A stretch of DNA of 64,000 nt from Orbicella franksi (lineage: Eukaryota), in assembly GCA_964199315.1 (NCBI GenBank), contig OZ116707.1:18228001-18292000 (forward strand), in the 5' to 3' direction. The notes below the pieces were generated by a model. It was not told the origin of the DNA and did not search any database. It was given only the letters and a program-made list of their open reading frames with translations. Positions within the stretch are counted from its first letter, which is position 1, and each line of letters begins with the position of its first letter. Below, piece by piece: positions 10,901-22,330 of this stretch. The translations under genes were made by a program, and so were the position numbers.

Positions 10901-13900
10901 AAGATTTTCCAAAAATTATAGCACGTTTTGGTGACGTCATCAATTATGAAGTCATATCTTACATTTTGTCACAACTTCCAAATTGAAATAAACTGGAGAA
11001 CAAAGAAAGCTCATCTGCCAAACTTGGTTCAGAAATATATAAACCAAGCAAATATAGCCTTCATGAAACATCAGGGGGGTGATTTGGCCCCTACGTGACA
11101 GGCATTACCTTCACCTAATACTATCGCTGTGTAAGCTCTCCTACCATTTTCTTACCAATGATTAACACGGCAAACCACCACACGCCCACAGCAATTCTTC
11201 CAGACAGCGATATAGGATGTAAAACATCCGGGCCTTGACTGACGTAATACGCAAACGACGACCAAATGGCGTTAAAAAACCGTAAGTGGTCCTTGGTTTT
11301 GATTTGATCTGTCGTGACGGTTCTTTTGTCCCTGGCCTGTGCGACTCTTCCGTGATATCCGTACGGACTAAACGTACTGTGGAGCCAAAGAAAAACGCCG
11401 ACGCTTAGCGTTGTCGACACTATGGCCAGCCAGAGATTGAAGTCAAAAGGACGAAGGAAAGAGAACACTTTATATTTGCTGTCCTCTTCTTTTCTCATTA
11501 TGATCGACAAGCCAACGTCCATGTAGGGTTGAGTGAAATCGATCACTGTTTGTCTACTTGAGCTGATTGTGAATGGACCGATTACGAGATCAGCTTTCTG
11601 AAATAAAAGTTCAATGGATCAAGGATTTTCAAAACCCTATCAATGCTAAGGCTGTGTTTACACTTGGTGCCTGGGCGCCGGCACAAAGCAGTGATGCGTT
11701 CAGACACGTTGTACTCCAAAGACCCAAGTACCATTTATTACCAGAGTACAAGGTCGAGGGCATTGTGCCCGAATTCTTGTTTGAGTAGTTGGAAAAAGGT
11801 GTGTTCACATACGTGCCCAGCGAGAATCGTACTTGAACACCGTACTCGTGCACAAAGTGTGAACACAGCCTTATTCAAGACTTTCATTTCCCTAATTTGA
11901 AAGCACTTTATTCACATGTTCTCTGGGGAACTGGTCCTCCTTTATTTGTTGACAAATTATGCAGCCATGTATATCCATGGATACGAGTTTGAGAGAAACC
12001 GTTCTCTAGAGTATTATCAAATGATCTCAATTAGATTCAGTGCATGACGCATTGTATTACATAACATTTTATGATAGATCTAAAAATGGAAAATGCCAAA
12101 CTTACATTATCGATGAGATATCGAACCATTCCATTCCATTCCCCAGTAAACACATCTGGTGCTCCGTACACATTTCCAGGCGATTCTTCAATCGTGTATC
12201 TGAATTTCATCTCTTCTTGTAGTTTGTCTAACAAGTCGATGCATAAGCCCGTGTAAAATTTCTGGCCAGTCTTAGATTCCTTAACGAACACAAACGGTTT
12301 TTCCTGCAGAAAAGCAAAATCAAATGACATTGCTCATTAACGTGCAACGATTGACTCCTTTCCTCATTGCGCAAATGCAGAAGAGTTCGCAGAAAATTTA
12401 CTTCTTAGCTCGTTAAGTAAGAAGTAAAATATGTGTTGCAAACGTACAAAATCCCCACTTGTGGGCACCAAACAGGACTACTTGCATGTTAATTCAATTT
12501 CCAAAGCACGATAAGGTTTCATACTTACTATAACAGTCATAACTCTTATGGTGGTGTTCTCAACAAGTGTTGATGTATCCTTGGGAATATTAACAGAACC
12601 CGAAAGCCAGATGACAGGCTGTCGAGGATCCATCACTATACCATCTCTCGAGTTCCAATAACCCACCTGTGTAATACGTTCAGAACTATTAGGAAATACT
12701 GTTGACGCGATTTAACATTGCGCAGCCTAAGCCCTTATTGGAAGTGCTTAAACTTTGCAACGGTTTTATCTTAATATACTTATAACGATTCAATAAAATC
12801 TCAAAAACAAAATTTTGATATTAATAACTCTAGAAAGTTTAAGGGTGATGGCATAAATCCGATGAGTGACTAAGACGACTTTAGGCCCACTATGTCAGTA
12901 TGTATATTGGAGTTGCTACTGACCAAAATAATGAACACACAGGCCGCTACCTATCAACACTTAGTATTTCTTGATGGTTCTCTTGACAGAGCCTACACTA
13001 CTTTCTAACTGACCTGAATAAAGCCCGTTCTTCCCAAGTTAACAATATCATATTCAGCATAGCCAGGTGAACCACTCTCATCAAACGACAGGGTTGACAT
13101 CAGACCATCAATAGAGACCTAAGACCAAAAAAATCATGCCGTATAGAATGTCTTAAATTATCTTGAGCTGTAAAGCCTCGTAATTAAAAAGAGAGACGAG
13201 TTGGATAGACAGGAAAAGTTTCAATTTTTTAACCAATATATGAAATACACTCTTTTTTGGTTCCGTAGTCCTCAAAAGACACTCTTAGTATATCTTTTCT
13301 TGACCCAATCCTGGATACCAAGAGGATAAACTGTTTCCGCTTTGAAAGACCCTGTAATGGATCTCTACTTACCACACGCTGAAACTTATATCGTAGCGAT
13401 AAATGCGATGTGCATGTAAATACCCTTGCAGCTACAATCATTCGGTGATTGATATTACTTTCCATGTTTCCTATTGAAAGGATTACTCACATTCTTAATA
13501 TATTCCATTAGCTTTTGACCAGGTGGCCAAGGTTTAGTAGTGATTATACCCCCAAAATCGAACTCAAGTGAGGTCTCCGTCACATCAAGTCCGTCTTTTA
13601 TCATCTTGTCCAAAGCGGCTGCCACAGTAAGTGCAGCATCGTAGCTCTTGCCTCCAGGTGTCTGTTTAATTAATGCAATAAAACAATTATATTATAATTT
13701 ACTGGAGCAGTTTTTAATTGAGTGTCGTAAAACCCAAAACCAAACCAATTACTTGCCAATTAGACTACTCAGTCAATCTCAAGCCGTAGTAAAAACAGAA
13801 CCAAAATAACATTAATTGCATAATTACTTTCGACATGCTATGTTTTTTTTTTTCATAAACAAGTACTTACACTGACTCTATCGTGGCCTTTTGCATTCCA

Positions 13901-16900
13901 TTCTTTACTGAAGTTTGGGTAGAGTTTACCAGTTCCGAATGATGGCCGTGTACCAATCACGCCGTAAAACTCATGAAGTGGATAGTCTCCTGGGATCAAG
14001 CTCCAGTCCTACGGGAAAATGCAACAAGAAGTCCAAACTGGTATTCGCGCATGCCAGGTAGCCCAGGCAACACATCTCTCCAATAATATTTTGGATACAA
14101 ATGTTTTTTGAAACACGGCGAGAACCTCATAAGGACATTCCTCTACATACTGATCATGAACGGTATTATCGTATTTGTTTATTTCTACTGGGATAAATTA
14201 TAAAACTTCATTGATTGCATATTGTTGGAACTCAATACCAACATGAACTTACTGTGCAAGTAAACATATTAAATATATTAAATAATTTGCAACTGCGATG
14301 ATCAATGAACTTACAATCTATGAACTTACTGTATTGGTAGATCCATCAGTCACGATCCAGACCCAGTCCTTTAGCATTCCCATCTGCAAAGCTTGTGTTA
14401 ATATAACAGCTGTGTATCTTGTAAGTGTGTTTAACACAACAATTCGAGTGCGTGTCTTTTGAATCGTTTCCAGCTGGGAAATCACGTTAAGAGTGCTGAA
14501 ATCACTGACGGGATCAAAGTGCTCGTTGGCAGTGATTTTCCATCCTCTCTGATTTGCCATGTCTTTTAAAGCCAACAGGCCATTTATACCTAGAAACGTG
14601 AGTAGATCGGCCTGTTAGAAGACACTGTACTGAAGAATATAGAAAACAAGAAGGAAAAGTTAAACTGTATTCTGTTTAAATGGCTGAAACCCAAGTTAGC
14701 TTTATTTCGGGGATGGGCGTGTTAACTCTCAACGGAACTGAATTCCACATGCGTTCTTGCTTCACAAACAGGTTCAGAAACTAATTTAAGTTTGAGCTTA
14801 CAAGTTTGGCTTAGACTCTGTTCGACCTGGACTCTGTTCCTTACTTAGGTCAAAGAAGGGTGCCAGGTTAACCATCACCTCATTTTCACTAGGCAGACAC
14901 CCAGGGGGTGGGGGGACTACGATATGAAAAGGTCGGGGATGCTGGTCAGAACATTTGAATTAAACGCCTAAAGGAGATCGATCTGGGAGTGGCTTGGACT
15001 CTATTTGACCCCTAAAAGATGCCAATTAAAACGGAATAGGGTCGATTACAAGCCACTGTTCAGGAAAGGATCCCGCGCTTGTAGACCGGCTGGAGATACC
15101 AGCGGAAATCGAGCCTAAAAACAGAAACAAGAGCGTTTATTTTATTATTTCTTCGAGTGCACCCTAAAAGATACTTTGAACGCAAAAATAGCGCCATTTC
15201 GCCATCAATACCCTAAGTGAAATCAGAATCCTTGATTTATTCCCGTAAGCGAGACGAAGAGCTTCCCCGACTTTTTCATATGTGAGTTCCCACCCCCGGC
15301 GCGGAGGGCAAACACATGTAGAATGGTGACAGATGGTGTGTGTTTTATCGAGTGTTTATGTTATGCCTCAATATGTCGAGTTTCCATTTTTGCTTAATTG
15401 TTACCTAGAATCATTTACAAGGAAAATTGAGATAACCAAGGGGAAAGAACAACTACAAACCGTAATCATCCTTAGAAGTTAACAAGGCAAATTGCGTCCA
15501 GTTATAGTGCGATATCAGTCCTGCCAATGCCTGACACTGAATCGTATCACTCGGACTGAGGCGAACAAGGTACGGAAAATTAGCTGGCGTGAACGAGAAG
15601 GTTGGATCAGTTGCCACTGGAGCAAGCTGTGGAATGTGAAAACCGGCGCAGTAGGGCTGGGTAAACTTGACTCCTGTTGAAGTCATCGGTCCAACTATGG
15701 CGACCACTCCTCTCTGCATTAGGTACTGGACTGTGAAGTAACGAGAAAAGATTAATAGACTGGCTTTGAGATGGCCTGCATAGCAAGCGTTACGAAGTCC
15801 CTTCTACGAGTATAACTGAGCATGACTAGTACTGTCGTTATTCTAAAACTCTTTTGTTTGCTTTTTTTAATTTTAACATTAGTTACATTAAGGTTGTAAG
15901 ATATTTCATTAAATCATTACATAATTTTGTGACACAAAAAGTTGAAAGTAGTTAGTTATCAAATTTCCGTAAATTTAACAGCTCAGGAAGCATTCAAGTT
16001 ACTGTTTACCAGAATTCAAACACAATGAGGCGAATAGGGTATTGATAAACCTTGGGACGTGCTGTTCTAAGGACTGTTTTTCTAACTCGATCCCTTCTCC
16101 CCTATTTTGTCAAGCTTTGTTGATCCAAGGTGCTGAAATGGGTTACTGTCCACACACATCTGAAGTATTGGGTAGCTATATATAGATAGAACGAGGTTAA
16201 GAACGATAAAAAGAACGAGCAGAAAACTGTGGCATGCGAAGAAATCTCAGTTGTCGCGAACGTGCAACATTAAAAAACCTTTGATTTACACCCAAGCTCG
16301 AAGGCTTCTTCAACGGTTATTTTCCTTGCGAAATTCTTTTGTTTTCCTTCCATTATTTCAACGTGTGCACGGGACAAGAACAGTTCTGTAAATGCATTAA
16401 GTCAGCACACTTGAAATTTGATTTTTTTTTAAACAAAAATCTGTCCAGACATTAATACCAGTATACACACGTACTTATTGATATTATCACAATGCTTTTT
16501 TCCTTCAAACCGCACACTAATAAAAATACCCGAATGCAAATTTCCTTGCTAGGGGACATTTGTAGCGATAGGGGAGCCATTTATATGTATAAGCTCGTTA
16601 TCTTTGATTTCTTGACGCAATTTGATCCACACGTTCAAGGTGAAAATTCAAAAAACAATTTTTACACTCTGAAAACAAAATTGTCCTGTCTCTAAAAGTA
16701 AATCATAAGTATTTAGTTTTGCAGTGAAGTCTTTGAATTACTGAAAATTAAGGATTTGTGTAGCTTTTGTTCCTCTAAAATCCATGGTTTACTGGGTTTC
16801 TAACCATGCGGCCGCCATTGCCGCGACAAACTACAGCTTATTTTCTTCGCAATATCTATGGTAGCTTACTACCTAAGCAAAAGCATATCCGTTAAAACAC

Positions 16901-17129
16901 TAAAGATGATCAGATGTTATGAGAAACTTTCACTTATTTCCTGTCCTAGATGGCTTTATTTGCCACTTACCCATTTCAATGTTTTTGAAAGCATCCAGCG
17001 TTGCAGTTTTGTTAACAATCACTCTAAGCTCCGTATTCGGTAACAGTGACTTGTCCTTGTTTATTGTGTCGATGGCGAATCTAAATGCGGCCTCGTAGTC
17101 TGCTTGGAGCTGATCAGAGAACACAGCAC
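7510..17129 (-). CDS. Ionotropic glutamate receptor, tandem copy B (non-NMDA; cnidarian Epsilon or AKDF type by inference), about 930 aa plus signal exon
   Basis: Exons: 16971-17129, 15461-15730, 14330-14589, 13871-14008, 13491-13661, 13014-13118, 12529-12666, 12106-12303, 11156-11597, 9185-9512, 8786-8946, 8306-8466, 7510-7776 (TAA). All GT-AG with compatible phases. Domains: ATD (GAVF..AAFRFAIDTINKD, GVVAIVGP), S1 (TGLCIDLL, KADLVIGPFTISSSRQTVIDFTQPY), M1, pore loop (WSSFAYYVSQGPD), M3 (TYTANLASF), S2 (FIFDSAVLEY, GYGFGLQKNSP), M4 (LSGVFYCVLFGM), cytoplasmic tail. Confidence 0.93.
9520..9575 (-). mobile_element. 3' fragment of the SINE family seen at 3900-4140
   Basis: Reverse complement GGCCTGATGGGCCACTTGGCTCTTATACAGACTTAAC resembles the GCAGACTT-type SINE tail. 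Confidence 0.5.
9881..10025. mobile_element. Palindromic MITE
   Basis: GGCCCCAGGTGTTCAAAAAATGGATAACGTTAT..GGATAAATCACTATCCAGTGGA is mirrored by TCCACTGGATAGTGATTTATCC..GGATAGCGTTA..CGAACAACCCGGGCC. Confidence 0.75.
10057..11097. mobile_element. Non-autonomous DNA transposon, 22-bp TIR starting CAC, possible 2-bp TSD (AC); CMC/EnSpm-like by inference
   Basis: Left CACGTAGGGGCCAAACCACCCC; right GGGGTGATTTGGCCCCTACGTG (1 mismatch); flanks ..AC| and |AC..; no transposase ORF in 1041 bp; lies in iGluR-B intron. Confidence 0.75.
11647..11873. mobile_element. MITE, PIF/Harbinger-like termini
   Basis: TAAGGCTGTGTTTACACTTGGTGC ... GCACAAAGTGTGAACACAGCCTTA, 24-bp TIR with 2 mismatches. Confidence 0.7.
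13703..13835. mobile_element. Truncated MITE, same family as 590-815 and 19063-19220
   Basis: GAGTGTCGTAAAAC..CCAAACCAATTACTTGCCAATTAGACTA shared with 19063-19220. Confidence 0.55.
14900..15299. mobile_element. MITE with CC(C/A)GGGGG termini
   Basis: CCAGGGGGTGGGGGGACTACGATATGAAAAGGTCGGGGATGCT ... AGCTTCCCCGACTTTTTCATATGTGAGTTCCCACCCCCGG inverted ends. Confidence 0.65.
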
Positions 17130-17208
17130 CTACGCAAACAAAGAGAAGTACAGTCAGAAAAAAAAAAGAAGTAAAAATGTAAAACATACCAAGGAAATGG
17201 ATACCAGC

Positions 17209-17317
17209 CTATTGTAACAAATCTGGGAAGCGAAACGGCTCGACTTATGCCAACATGAACTTCGAAGAATGCAACCATATGGAATGAAATTAAACTGATC
17301 AGAACTCCTTTATGCAT
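17209..17317 (-). CDS. Candidate signal-peptide exon of iGluR-B
   Basis: MHKGVLISLISFHMVAFFEVHVGISRAVSLPRFVTI+G joins in phase to GAVFSD only through a GC donor (ATAG|GCTGGT) and a 79-bp intron. Confidence 0.35.
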
Positions 17318-19062
17318 TTCTTTGACCAAGGAAGATCTCGAAAGATTTATCAAAATAGCCAGAAAAGTTCACTTCTATCAAGTGTTGTAATGTTTAGATC
17401 GTTGGAAATGGATGATGTTCAGCATAAAGTCAATTACATGTCGCTGAGCTCTGACATCATACGCTAACAGTGGTTGTGAGCCAATAAATGCTGACAATAA
17501 ACGCAACGATTTCAAGACCCCGTACTGTCTTGTTTTGCAATTAGCATGGCCATCTTGAACGTTACGCCGTAGGAATCCAATTTCTTACGCTTGATTTCTT
17601 ATTGTTATGCTAATGCATGGTCTGACTTTTTGATTAAAATTATTAATAACTTTCCTCGACAATACTGTTTTGCAGATTTCTAAAACAAACCCAAACAAAA
17701 GACACAGCTCATGAAGGTTTCCTCGGGCAAAGCTGGGATGGTATTACATTATAGGTTTAAAATTATCACATATGTTCCATTATAAGGACTATAAGCATTT
17801 CATTTGCCATTTCCATTTCATTTGCAAATGTTCCCAGAGAATACCTATTTCTAGCTATAGAGTTCTCAGTCGTTTTTAAATATATAACAGTTTTAGTGTC
17901 CCTTGATTTATTTTAAAAACATAGAGTAAAACAAAGCTAATTCATTTTTTTTTAACCAAGAACGGATATTGATACAACGCATCAATTTCGGGCAAATAAA
18001 AGAGCTATTTTGTAATTCGCGTACTTGTAAACCCGTCCATGAAGATAAGTTGTTAGGAAATTTTAACGTCAAAAACAAAAGAAAAAAGTAAAAATAGGCC
18101 AGGATTTTTCACATAAGCGATGCTCTCGGTATCTTTTGTAACTTTTACCGTGCGGTTACTTTTAGTCCTAAAGAATATGATTTTTTTCATTTACTAGAAG
18201 CAAGATACCCCTTACAACTAAAATGCCAATAGCAGTTGTAATTGAATCCCGAAAGGAACAATTTAATCCGGCGCCATACCTTATTAAGAATGACATCTTT
18301 GTCTGACTACTTTTCTTATTTTACAAAATACTCCAAACAGTTCTTAATCACCGCAGCAGGAAAAAGCATAAACTGCCAGTTTGGTTGTTTTTAAGGGCGA
18401 TCTAGTGGCTCGTTTTCTGTTATCTGTACCTATATAACATCCGGGTTAAATGGTTTCCTTTCAACATTCATGAAGGGGTTTCCCCTCAAAGTGAAAAAAT
18501 TAACTACCAGCGTAATTTAAAAAGCACTTGATTTTGCAGCTCAAATGGTAAAAAAAAAAACATAATACGTTACGTTCTGAATTTTAACTCTTTCAGGGCA
18601 TGGCTTTTTTCCTTTCTGGGAGGGAACTGGTGAACCATAGTTAACAGGCGACTACAAGAGGCACCACAAGGCAAACAGGGCTAGTGCACTAAAAATGTCT
18701 GTGATTTACTTACGAGCTACTGTTCCCCAACAATCTGCGAGGCGCTGAAGTTATTCTGTCTAGATTTTGTTCTAACTAGATTTAACAATTTACCAATGGA
18801 AACATTCCGTAGGATATTTAAGGTCAAAATTATGGAATTCACTAATAAAAAAGCTTACAATACGTCCCTCAATCCGTAAAAAAACGGGTAACCCTAGGTG
18901 GCTCATAACGGATCCTAGAGATTTATTCCGCAAAGGTTGCAGTCATGAATTAAATTTCATAGAAGACGGTTTAGTATATGTGATTTCTGTAAATTTTCGT
19001 AAGTTTTTCACGTTGACTAAGTAGGTTCAGTCAATGTTTTTGCATTATTTAATTGACGGTAT

Positions 19063-19220
19063 TGGAGTGGTTTTCAATCGAGTGTCGTTAAAGCAAAAAG
19101 CCAAACCAATTACTTGCCAATTAGACTATTCAGCCAATGTCAGACCGTGTTTTAAGCTCAAGTAATAGCAGAGCGATTAATAGTCTGATTATTTTCGATT
19201 CCCATCTGAAAACGGCCCTA
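19063..19220. mobile_element. MITE, same family as 590-815
   Basis: TGGAGTGGTTTTCAATCGAGTGTCG ... TGAAAACGGCCCTA. Confidence 0.6.
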
Positions 19221-19509
19221 ACAGTATGTTGGTGCTGTTTTTCTTTTCTTTGTTCTCACCTTGTACGAAATATATGTTTTTTTCTCGTTTCTATCGAGCC
19301 GCAAGTAACGTGGCTAAATCAATTCTAGCTAAGTTTTGTATATAAGCTCAGCAGACTGGTCACAATCTTTCAAATACATTATTTACAGCCCGTTATAGCC
19401 AACCTGGACCACGAAGGAAGATTTCAGCAACTCAGCACATTAATTATGCTTTGTCTTATGACATGTTCTCCAAAAAATGGGGTTATGTTGTTTTCCATGG
19501 AACCAGTTA

Positions 19510-20740
19510 TTAGGCTAGATGCCCTTTAAAATAGACGCCTATTAGGCTAGATGATGCCTGCTTGGGCTAGATGCCTGCTGGACTAGATGCCTGTTAGGCT
19601 AGAGGATGCCTGTTAGTTTAGATGATGCCTTTTGGGCTAGATGATCACTGTTGGGCTAGATGCCTGTTAGGCTAGACGATGCCTGTTAGGCTAGATGATG
19701 TCTGTTAGGCTAGATGATGCCTGTTAGGCTAGATGATGCCTGTTAGGCTAGATGATGCCTGTTAGGCTAGATGATGCCTGTTGGGCTGGATGATGCCTGT
19801 TGGGCAGGATGATGTCTGTTAGGCTAGATGATGGCTGTTGGGCTAGATGATGTCTGTTAGGCTAGATGATGCCTGTTAGGCTAGATGATGTCTGTTGGGC
19901 TGGGTGATGCCTGTTGGGCTAGATGATGCCTGTTGGGCTGGATGATGTCTGTTAGGCTAGATGACGCCTGTTAGGCTAGACGATGTCTGTTAGGCTAGAT
20001 GATGTCTGTTAGGCTAGATGATGTCTGTTAGGCTAGACGATGCCTGTTAGGCTAGATGATGCCTGTTGGGCTAGATGATGCCTGTTAGGCTAGACGATGT
20101 CTGTTAGGCTAGACGATGCCTGTTAGGCTAGATGATGTCTGTTGGGCTAGATGATGCCTGTTGGGCTAGATGATGCCTGTTAGGTTAGATGATGCCTGTT
20201 GGGCTAGATGATGTCTGTTGGGCTAGATGATGTCTGTTGGGCTAGATGATGCCTGTTAGGGTAGATGATGCCTGTTAGGCTAGATGATGCCTGTTGGGCT
20301 GGATGATGTCTGTTAGGCTAGATGACGCCTGTAAGGCTAGATGATGCCTGTTGGGCTGGATGATGTCTGTTAGGCTAGATGACGCCTGTTAGGCTAGATG
20401 ATGCCTATTGGTTTAGATGCCTCTTAAGCTAAATGCCTGTTAGACTAGCTGATGCCTGAAGGGCTAGATGCCTGTTAGGGTAGATGATGCCTGTTGGGCT
20501 AGATGACTGTACCTGAAGGGCTAGATGGTGCCTGTTGGGCTATATCATGCCTGTAGGGCTAGATAATGCCTGTTGGGCTAGATGATTGTACCTGTAGGGT
20601 TAGATGGTGCCTGTTGGGCTATATCATGCCTGTTGGGCTAGATGATGCCTGTTGGGCTAGATGGTGCCTGTTGGACTAGATGATGCTTGTTGGGCTAGAT
20701 GATCCCTGTTAGGCAAGATGCCAATTAGGCAAGATGCACA
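19510..20740. repeat. Minisatellite, 19-bp unit GATGCCTGTT(A/G)GGCTAGAT, roughly 60+ copies
   Basis: Head-to-tail units with no spacers; variant sites gcc/gtc, ttag/ttgg, gat/gac; degenerate 16-bp and 22-bp units at both ends. Confidence 0.97.
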
Positions 20741-21849
20741 TAAGGTTAAAATTCACTGTTCAGTAATTTAATAAATAAGATGGTCTAGCTCTTTATGGTA
20801 TGGTAGGAAAAATCTTTTTTTGGTCTTCTAACTGTCAAAGGCATGCAAAAAACAAGGCAAGTAAAGAGAAAAGGTAAGTCCAAAATTGAGTCAGAATGTA
20901 ACAATTAGCAAATCCCTAAAACAACAAAGGCACGATCTTGCAAGTCGAATCAAGTTGATATACAGTTTGCAGGTGCTTCGCTCCAGGCTGTTTACCGTTG
21001 CGCTGATGTGTTTTGGTAATTTAATTATCTAGAGCGAAAAAATCTCCTATTTGGCTGTATTAGGAATTCTGTGGCCTTCAATTTCCTCAATAAACGGGTA
21101 GAAATTCTTGCAGACGGCATATTAAAGGTAACTGGGTCCTCCCACGTTGTACAGACGCAAAACCTGGCAATTTCGTTATAATAAAATGCTAACCTCGGCG
21201 CCGACTCTAAGAAATCATTAATTCGCCCCTCAATCCGAGGTAATTTCTTTTATGTTATTCTATGGAGTCTCGTTGGAACTTTTACATGCCGACGTTGACG
21301 TATTAGTAAAAACAAGATTCATTCGTTCAATAACAACAATACTTTATTTACTCTTGACAGTTAATACACATTTGCGAAGAAAATTGCAATAACTTCGGGG
21401 GAAGATATGTGTTTTAAAACGAGCCAGGGGATAAATGAACCTTGCGGTTTTGAGCATTATTAAATTTAAACATACATTCGCTCACCCCGCGGTGAAAACA
21501 AAACATTTTGTCAGCGTTATACAAATTTGGTTTGCACTGAACCAATCAGCGCATACACTTTCTGCTAGGCTACATAACGTCTAAGAATCAGTGTCAATAA
21601 TTCAAGCCCGTACACTATCTTAGCCAAAAGGGTAAATACAGTAATTAACTGCGGGAAGTGATCGTTGAACGGCTACAAAAACAAAGTTTTTCAAGCTCTT
21701 TTAAAAGGAGTAAAAGGTGAGTATTTCTTAAATTGTGCGAAAGTTTCCATAGTGCTTCCACCTTGATTCATTATTCATCTTTGATCAGTACGTTGCAAGG
21801 GAAACCCCTCGTCCAGAATTGATAAATGTAAAAAAATAACTCTAAATTC

Positions 21850-22330
21850 AAGACAAGCAAATTTATTAAATAACGTCCAAAGTTGAAAGAATCCCAGTTT
21901 AAATTAATACACAGGATTGTAGTTACTAAAAAGGAGCTTCATCGATATGGTATTAAAGCGGATGATGAATGTCTCTACTGTGGTGAGAAAGACTCAATTG
22001 ATCACGCTTTTCTTGATTGTCGATTTGTAAAGATTTTCGCAAAGTGAGAACGTAATTGACTGGTTTAACGCGGTCAACAACTCAAAATTTGCTCCAACAA
22101 TTGAAGAGAAACTATTTGGAATCATATCTAGTCCATACGAAAAAGAAATCAGTATTAAAGAAATTTAATTACACAATCCTATTTATGAAGTACTACATAT
22201 ACACCAGTAAGATGCATAACCAAGCTATTTACCTTTCTGTCTTTGTTAATAAATTTTACTTAAATACAGAATAGAAAGCTTTAGTCATTAGCAACGAAAA
22301 AATGCCCCTCGCAAAAGCGCAAAACCTTAC
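21850..22330 (+). mobile_element. 3' fragment of Tx1/L1-clade LINE (C-terminal zinc finger of ORF2)
   Basis: Translates KESQFKLIHRIVVTKKELHRYGIKADDECLYCGEKDSIDHAFLDCRFVK (CxxC..HxxxxC, zf-RVT type); stops and frameshifts downstream. Confidence 0.7.

Noticed and set aside
10057-11097. Transib/RAG-like element with RSS-like ends
   Set aside because: CAC start fits, but there is no 5-bp TSD, no nonamer-like motif and no transposase.
19510-20740. CRISPR array or repetitive protein
   Set aside because: Units are contiguous with no unique spacers, no cas genes, eukaryotic context; the 19-bp period puts stops in all frames on both strands.
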